Origin: a virus
Reading direction: 5' to 3' (one strand)
Virus record (IMG/VR): IMGVR_UViG_3300042558_005120
Coordinates: 1-64,000 of that record
DNA length: 64,000 bases
This document shows, piece after piece, positions 59,086-64,000 of this stretch. The notes below the pieces were generated by a model. It had not been told where the DNA came from. It worked only from the letters and a program-made list of their open reading frames with translations, and made no database searches. Positions within the stretch are counted from its first letter, which is position 1, and each line of letters opens with the position of its first letter. A program made the translations under genes and the position numbers.

Positions 59086-59534
59086 TTTTCTACTACAAAT
59101 TTTGGCTTGCCCTCTATGGCCTGTGTATATTTCTTACCTGTTTCCTTACTTAAAGCCTTTAAGTAATTGTTTATGTAACTAATAATGTTTTTGGCTCCAA
59201 CCGGATTGTCCGAATGTACTGTTATCTCAGGAAACTCTTCTCCACTAATGACTTTTTCATCACACAAGTCCATGTGATATTCCACCAGCCAGTCTGCTGC
59301 AGATTTACCAGTCTTTTCAGAACCGCCTGTAAAATCATTAAGGTCGTGGTCAAAAGATATTTTGCTAATGTTGTCAAGGCCGTGTTTTTTGACCGCCTTT
59401 ACAAAGTCTGAGTAGGTTCTAACAATAATCCACTTCTTGTCAATAGGAGTTCTCAGGTCATCCAGGTATATCCACACACCGTTAGAATTGCTGGATTCAT
59501 TCAAGAAGCTTTCAAATGTTTTAATGTGTTTCAT
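59082..59534 (-). CDS. Leader-tagged receiver-like domain of the cyclic-phosphate-processing type
   Basis: MKHIKTFESFLNES; IYLDDLRTP...ISFDHDL...TG...VHSDNPVG. Confidence 0.7.
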   Translation of the reverse strand: MKHIKTFESFLNESSNSNGVWIYLDDLRTPIDKKWIIVRTYSDFVKAVKKHGLDNISKISFDHDLNDFTGGSEKTGKSAADWLVEYHMDLCDEKVISGEEFPEITVHSDNPVGAKNIISYINNYLKALSKETGKKYTQAIEGKPKFVVEK

Positions 59535-59543
59535 TATTATGCT

Positions 59544-59885
59544 TTATTTTTTAGGATTGAATCCAGAATCTCTTGCTTCTTTGGCTAAATCTTTATCTGC
59601 TTTCCCCCATGTTCCTTCACCGCCAGATAAAAAGCTGTTAACTCTGGCGTACGCCCACTGTTCCTGTCCTGCACCTGGACGGTGTCCGCTTTTCCATGCT
59701 GCCATTCCACGGCGAAAAACTGCACGAATTATCCCAATCGGACATCCGGATTCGTCGGCTTTATTCTTTACGCCGGTCTCCAGCTCTTCGCTGCCCAACG
59801 GTCCGCGGTCAGTAGACTTCTGTTCGTTATCATCGGCTTCGTGTAAATAATCCAGCAACCAGCTTTCAAATAATTTTATAAACAT
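59544..59885 (-). CDS. Leader-tagged protein (DUF5824-like)
   Basis: MFIKLFESWL; KADESG...VFRRGMAAW...RPG...QWAYARVNSF. Confidence 0.6.
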   Translation of the reverse strand: MFIKLFESWLLDYLHEADDNEQKSTDRGPLGSEELETGVKNKADESGCPIGIIRAVFRRGMAAWKSGHRPGAGQEQWAYARVNSFLSGGEGTWGKADKDLAKEARDSGFNPKK

Positions 59886-59886
59886 T

Positions 59887-60798
59887 TTATTTTCTTATTT
59901 TATTAATATCCTCTACAAATACTTTAATTGCCTCTTCTGGGTCAAATATACTGAACTGTGGCGCTTGGTTAACTTCTAAAACATACCATTCACCTGTATC
60001 TTTATTTTGTACTAGATCAACACCAGACGTATAGAAACCCATAGAATCATGAGCACGTTTTGCTATATTCATTTCTTCAAATCCTAATGCTACTCTTTTG
60101 CCCGTTCCGCCTAATGAAATATTATTTCTAAATTCTCCGGCTTCTTGACTTGAGCGCTTAACTGTAAATACGTTTTTGTTTCCAATAAAGAAAACACGGT
60201 AATCACAGTCATTCGGAATAAACTCCTGAATTAACAAAACATCATTTTTTAATTTTCCTGCTACTCGTTTTAATTCGGTTTCATTCTTAACAATTGTAAC
60301 ACCTCTTCCTTGTGAGCCGTGTGCGGGTTTTAAGACAATTGGAAATTCATAGTTAGTAGAAACAAAATCAACATTGCAACTTGAGCCTGTGCAGGTATAT
60401 GTTTTAGGAATATTCACATTATTTTCAGATAGCACTTGTAGCTGTTTATATTTATTGCTAGTATATCTTGGTTGTCCGTAACAAAGAAGTGATATGTCCT
60501 TTTCTTTACAGTATTTTTCTACCAACAGAAAATTTTCATACGCATCTGTATCGGCACCATACGAATTAACCAATCCAATAAATACCAATGAATACTCATC
60601 TAATTTCGTTGTATTGTTGAATAGATGCCCATCAAAAAAGTGTATATTATCCAAACTTGAGAATTCTGAGTCGCTGATGTATTTTTTAGTTAACTTTTCT
60701 ACATTATACATCTTATCTTCCATATCACTACAGTCAAAGGAAAAATCTAAAAATAAAACAGGTTTACGTTTATCTAAAAAATCAAAATATGTAATCAT
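59887..60798 (-). CDS. RimK-like ATP-grasp ligase with degenerate leader (MITYFDFL)
   Basis: NK...IPKT, PIVLKP..GSQGRGV, IQEFI, DYRV, FRNNISLGG, GVD, LEVN. Confidence 0.85.
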   Translation of the reverse strand: MITYFDFLDKRKPVLFLDFSFDCSDMEDKMYNVEKLTKKYISDSEFSSLDNIHFFDGHLFNNTTKLDEYSLVFIGLVNSYGADTDAYENFLLVEKYCKEKDISLLCYGQPRYTSNKYKQLQVLSENNVNIPKTYTCTGSSCNVDFVSTNYEFPIVLKPAHGSQGRGVTIVKNETELKRVAGKLKNDVLLIQEFIPNDCDYRVFFIGNKNVFTVKRSSQEAGEFRNNISLGGTGKRVALGFEEMNIAKRAHDSMGFYTSGVDLVQNKDTGEWYVLEVNQAPQFSIFDPEEAIKVFVEDINKIRK

Positions 60799-60815
60799 AT
60801 GTAAGTAATTATTTT

Positions 60816-60824
60816 TATATATCA
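60816..60824 (-). promoter_or_regulatory. Late-type promoter motif TGATATATA inside the leader-tagged array
   Basis: Recurrent motif. Confidence 0.65.
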
Positions 60825-60825
60825 A

Positions 60826-61350
60826 TTACCAAGGCTCATCGGATGTAAGACCTAATTGCTTATAAAAAAGCGATGGACCATAACACGCCCAGAACCCGGC
60901 CTTGTTTGGATCCATTTTTTTCTGTAAATCACATTGGTGTCTAGACCAAAAATTGGCTGCAGCACCAGGATCGCTATTTTTAATACTTAATCCAGAAGCA
61001 TCGCCCCATTCTATCTTCTTTGCAATTATATTGCCTTTCTCATCCACTTTTCCGCTGTTTCGATATACAACGAATTTTTTGTTTCCACCTCTGCTAGGCG
61101 TATCTAATTCAACTTGGCGGCCATCGTATATTGCCTTTTTTCCAACTTCTAAATTTTTTGCCATCCAGGCGGCTTTGTCATTAAGAATAATATTGCCTTC
61201 GTCCCAGTACTTTTTAGTCTCTTCAAAAAGGCTTTTGTATGCATCACTGCCTAAACGGTAAATGCTATTAGTAACGTCCAACCCATTGTCCATGTGGTAC
61301 TGGAACCCTTCACTAACCTGAAAGTCTTCAAATGTCTTTACGTATTTCAT
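60826..61350 (-). CDS. Leader-tagged protein (DUF6321-like)
   Basis: MKYVKTFEDFQVSEG; KKFVVY...WGD...FWSRHQC...AGFWAC. Confidence 0.6.
   Translation of the reverse strand: MKYVKTFEDFQVSEGFQYHMDNGLDVTNSIYRLGSDAYKSLFEETKKYWDEGNIILNDKAAWMAKNLEVGKKAIYDGRQVELDTPSRGGNKKFVVYRNSGKVDEKGNIIAKKIEWGDASGLSIKNSDPGAAANFWSRHQCDLQKKMDPNKAGFWACYGPSLFYKQLGLTSDEPW
61327..61350. repeat. 24-bp leader-coding direct repeat, identical to 61688-61711
   Basis: TTCAAATGTCTTTACGTATTTCAT. Confidence 0.9.
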
Positions 61351-61711
61351 TCTTTAGTGCTTTTTCTATAGTTTTATCAACTCCCCATTCCGGTAAATCT
61401 GTATAGTCATCTTCACTCTTACCTTTTTCAAAACCACTATCTTCAATTTTTACCGCCATTCCTCGATATTTCTTTTCAAAATCTTTAAGTGATTTTTTCC
61501 CGGCACCATCAAAAAACTTTCCGTCGTCTTCTATAAAGTAATGCTGTATTGTAGGACTTGGTTTATATGTTTTGTCAAGAATCCCCCATAGTTGTGACTC
61601 GGGATGTAAGGCTTTGTACGTAGCTGCATATGCCCCACAATAACCATCAACCGTCCAAGCAAGAGTTCCTGAATTGTCTGTAAAACTTTCAAATGTCTTT
61701 ACGTATTTCAT
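61328..61711 (-). CDS. Leader-tagged protein with a possible Cys-His-Asp (papain/transglutaminase-like) triad
   Basis: MKYVKTFESF; GYCGAYA...HYFI...FFDGAG. Confidence 0.5.
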   Translation of the reverse strand: MKYVKTFESFTDNSGTLAWTVDGYCGAYAATYKALHPESQLWGILDKTYKPSPTIQHYFIEDDGKFFDGAGKKSLKDFEKKYRGMAVKIEDSGFEKGKSEDDYTDLPEWGVDKTIEKALKNEIRKDI

Positions 61712-61718
61712 ATATTAT

Positions 61719-61928
61719 TTATTTTTTATATTCTGGAGATTTTACTTTTTTACCTTTGTCGGGACCACCTTCTCTCGGTATCATACCTTGTGCAATCAAT
61801 GAAGTTTTAACACCAAACGGAATATCCTTTCCGCTTTCATAATCCTTTTTATATTTATCAAGTGTTTCTTTTGCGTATGGCGAATCTTTTTCTTGTATAA
61901 AATATTCAAAGGATTTAATGTGTTGCAT
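61719..61928 (-). CDS. Leader-tagged small protein
   Basis: MQHIKSFEYFIQEK. Confidence 0.6.
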   Translation of the reverse strand: MQHIKSFEYFIQEKDSPYAKETLDKYKKDYESGKDIPFGVKTSLIAQGMIPREGGPDKGKKVKSPEYKK

Positions 61929-61941
61929 AAAAATAATTTAT

Positions 61942-62166
61942 TTAAAATTTAAGATTGCCACGTTCAACAGAATAGCCTTCCTTTGCTAAAATTGGTTCCA
62001 CTGCTGTTGCGATTGCATTACCTAACTCTGTAAACAATGCCATATCAAAATTAACCAGACCCAATCCAATGACTGCGTTTTTAATATTATACCTTGATAT
62101 AATCCTTTTTTCATTTATATCTTCTGATTCTGAAATCGAGAATTCTTCAAATTTTTTAATTTTCAT
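61942..62166 (-). CDS. Leader-tagged small protein
   Basis: MKIKKFEEFSISES. Confidence 0.6.
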   Translation of the reverse strand: MKIKKFEEFSISESEDINEKRIISRYNIKNAVIGLGLVNFDMALFTELGNAIATAVEPILAKEGYSVERGNLKF

Positions 62167-62168
62167 TT

Positions 62169-62774
62169 TTATAAGTATTTTTTTAATTCATTATAATATT
62201 TATGTAAAACAGGTGGCATCATTGAGTCAAATGTAGATTTATCATCAGCAGAAATTGCATTTCTAACTGCTGTTCCACTTGCGCCATCTTCATCTCTATT
62301 ATTTACTGACTTGACCATGAATTCCTCGGGTATGGAAATTCCATATTTTTCTTGAAACTGTTTAGCTCTCAGGATTTGCTTTTCATAATCAGATAAACGA
62401 TCTGAACCACACGCCATTCCAATGGGCTCGAAGCCGTCTCGCCTAATGAAATCTACCACGTTTGAAACAAAATTAGGATGCTCTCTGTCTGTCTTATAAA
62501 TTATAAAATCAGCAATAAATGATCTATACTCCTTTGCGATATCTTTTCCTATTTTTGCTAAAAGCTGCTCTGGAAAAGGAGACTTACTGTTTTGTGAAAG
62601 TATTTGAACCGGAATAACCTTTGCGCCAAAAACTTCAGACGCTCTTTTGATTGAACCTAAGTGCCCATTGTGAAAAGGTTGAAATCTACCAGGGAAGTAA
62701 ATTATCCTTTCTGAATTTGCTTCATATATTTGCGATTCGGCAAGAAATTCTAAAAATGAGTTAACGTATTTCAT
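62169..62774 (-). CDS. Leader-tagged HIGH-family nucleotidyltransferase (cytidylyltransferase/NMNAT-like)
   Basis: MKYVNSFLEFLAES; PGRFQPFHNGH, GSDR, SGTAVR. Confidence 0.8.
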   Translation of the reverse strand: MKYVNSFLEFLAESQIYEANSERIIYFPGRFQPFHNGHLGSIKRASEVFGAKVIPVQILSQNSKSPFPEQLLAKIGKDIAKEYRSFIADFIIYKTDREHPNFVSNVVDFIRRDGFEPIGMACGSDRLSDYEKQILRAKQFQEKYGISIPEEFMVKSVNNRDEDGASGTAVRNAISADDKSTFDSMMPPVLHKYYNELKKYL

Positions 62775-62783
62775 TTGAATTTT

Positions 62784-63698
62784 TTATTTAATATCCCAGT
62801 TTACTGGAGTATAGGCATTGATTTTTGCTAAAACATTATCAGCAATTTGCTCGGCCGCAATTGTTGGTTTGCCTGCTCTTTTTACATAAACGTAAAAAGA
62901 CTCAGTTAGCATTACGGTTTTACCTTTTTTATGTCGAGACACAACTCCAATTTCGGCTGGAATAGTTTGTTGTTTTGTTACCACTTCAGTATCAACTCCG
63001 GCCTGGACAAAAGTAAAGACAATATCGCCATTCATATATCTATTAATTTCTTCACCCATTGTAATAAGTTTTAGCATTGTTGCTGATGCACCTTCGTGGG
63101 TGCCAAATAAAATATTACCCGGAACAACCCGAGAACGACTAAGGTTTTGTTGCTGTGCTACTGAAATATGATTAATAACCCATACAATATGAATGTGGTC
63201 CGGGTCATATCCAAGTTCATTTGCAAATTGAGTAATCTCATTAAGTTTTTTGATGTTCTTTAAAGTAACATCAAAAATTAAATTAGGTTTTCGATCTGGA
63301 GCTGCTGCCAATACTGAAGCATACATTCTTTGCATCTTCTTTTCGTCTACGCCGTATTCATCACCAACCACTGCGTGTAACTGTGCAACATCTTCGGGTG
63401 TTTTGAGATTCATTTTTGTAATGTCTATTCCGGTTTCTGCTTTTGCTTTTGCCGCGAAATTCTTGCTTTTCATTGCGAGTGATTTCAGCTCATCAACATC
63501 AAACACCCAGCCGTCAAGACCAATTAAATTATCTTTAATAAATCCTTTTCCGCTACCAGCACCACCTGCCATAATTACAATATTGCCAAACGGCTGATAA
63601 GGTTTGTTGTTGAAAACTATCAGTTTTTCTAATAGTTCATCTTTTGAATTGGATTCCCTAATAAATTCAGTAAGGGATTTTAAGTACTTTAAACCCAT
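62784..63698 (-). CDS. Leader-tagged P-loop kinase (zeta-toxin / AAA_33-like)
   Basis: LKYLKSLTEFIRES; MAGGAGSGKG, DVD, IFDVT, RSRVVP. Confidence 0.7.
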   Translation of the reverse strand: MGLKYLKSLTEFIRESNSKDELLEKLIVFNNKPYQPFGNIVIMAGGAGSGKGFIKDNLIGLDGWVFDVDELKSLAMKSKNFAAKAKAETGIDITKMNLKTPEDVAQLHAVVGDEYGVDEKKMQRMYASVLAAAPDRKPNLIFDVTLKNIKKLNEITQFANELGYDPDHIHIVWVINHISVAQQQNLSRSRVVPGNILFGTHEGASATMLKLITMGEEINRYMNGDIVFTFVQAGVDTEVVTKQQTIPAEIGVVSRHKKGKTVMLTESFYVYVKRAGKPTIAAEQIADNVLAKINAYTPVNWDIK

Positions 63699-63712
63699 TT
63701 TAATAGTTTTTT

Positions 63713-64000
63713 TTATAAAGAAAGAAGCATATCAACAACCTCTTGTTGTGGAAACAAATCAACTTTTCCGGCTTGGACATTTGTATGTAACCATACGCCT
63801 GGGGTTTTATTACATAGTGCAACATCTACTTTGTCAAATGCGCTTATTCCATGTTTCTTGATTTGTTCAACAATACCTTTTCTTGGATCAATACCGTCAC
63901 GGTTAGCAACCCAAAGAATCCAATCCTTTAGGACGGCAATCTGTTTGTCAGAATATCTGTGCCAATGTTTGAATCCTCTAAATGCCTGTGCTAATTCAAC
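63713..64000 (-). CDS. N-acetylmuramoyl-L-alanine amidase-like endolysin, C-terminal fragment (runs off the window; missing from the ORF track)
   Basis: Translated by hand: ...WHRYSDKQIAVL...GVWLHTNVQAGKVDLFPQ... Confidence 0.6.
   Translation of the reverse strand, partial: VELAQAFRGFKHWHRYSDKQIAVLKDWILWVANRDGIDPRKGIVEQIKKHGISAFDKVDVALCNKTPGVWLHTNVQAGKVDLFPQQEVVDMLLSL

Noticed and set aside
57215-61711. Leader repeats or the EDKK repeat as a CRISPR array
   Set aside because: The repeats are in-frame coding sequence separated by whole genes (or directly tandem), not by 30-40-nt spacers; no cas genes are present.
8-63861. Numerous plus-strand ORFs in the track (e.g. 2164-3078, 54514-55098, 49283-49750)
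   Set aside because: All lie antisense to well-supported minus-strand genes and show no recognisable motifs; they are shadow ORFs.
1-64000. tRNA, rRNA, integrase or transposase genes
   Set aside because: None recognised. Intergenic gaps are short and AT-rich; a tRNAscan/Infernal run would be needed to exclude small RNAs formally.

Overview
This window is a 64-kb, AT-rich, gene-dense segment of a large T4-like (myovirus/jumbo-type) phage genome. Essentially all credible genes are on the minus strand, in the standard genetic code. AT-rich leaders without Shine-Dalgarno sites suggest a Bacteroidota-type host (inference). Left to right it holds: a tail module (tape measure, gp26/gp51-like hub proteins, tube, an oversized sheath); terminase, neck, portal, gp2, gp4, a gp55-like late sigma and a gp15-like gene; a replication/recombination cluster (RNase H, gp44/gp62, gp46/gp47, gp41, UvsX, gp45, PolB, topoisomerase II, NrdAB); lysis candidates; and a long array of small accessory genes. 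Four features stand out. (1) Fifteen consecutive ORFs (56151-63698), plus at least three elsewhere, share an N-terminal leader M-K-[HY]-[IV]-x-[TS]-F-E-x-F-x-x-E that resembles the T4 internal-protein capsid-targeting sequence. It is fused to unrelated enzymatic cargos, and some copies are near-identical at DNA level. (2) Four essential genes are split. TerL, gp41 helicase and UvsX are split by trans-splicing inteins; the TerL and gp41 inteins are paralogous, atypically split, sit in Walker A motifs and bracket paralogous endonuclease genes. PolB is split without an intein, its halves about 10.8 kb apart. (3) Two promoter classes can be read directly from the sequence: a late-type GATATATA and a bipartite AAAACT-N15-CATATAA. 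(4) A candidate -1 frameshift at A AAA AAG completes an SH3/KOW-like domain on a putative core protein. All family assignments come from motif recognition by eye; no database search was run.
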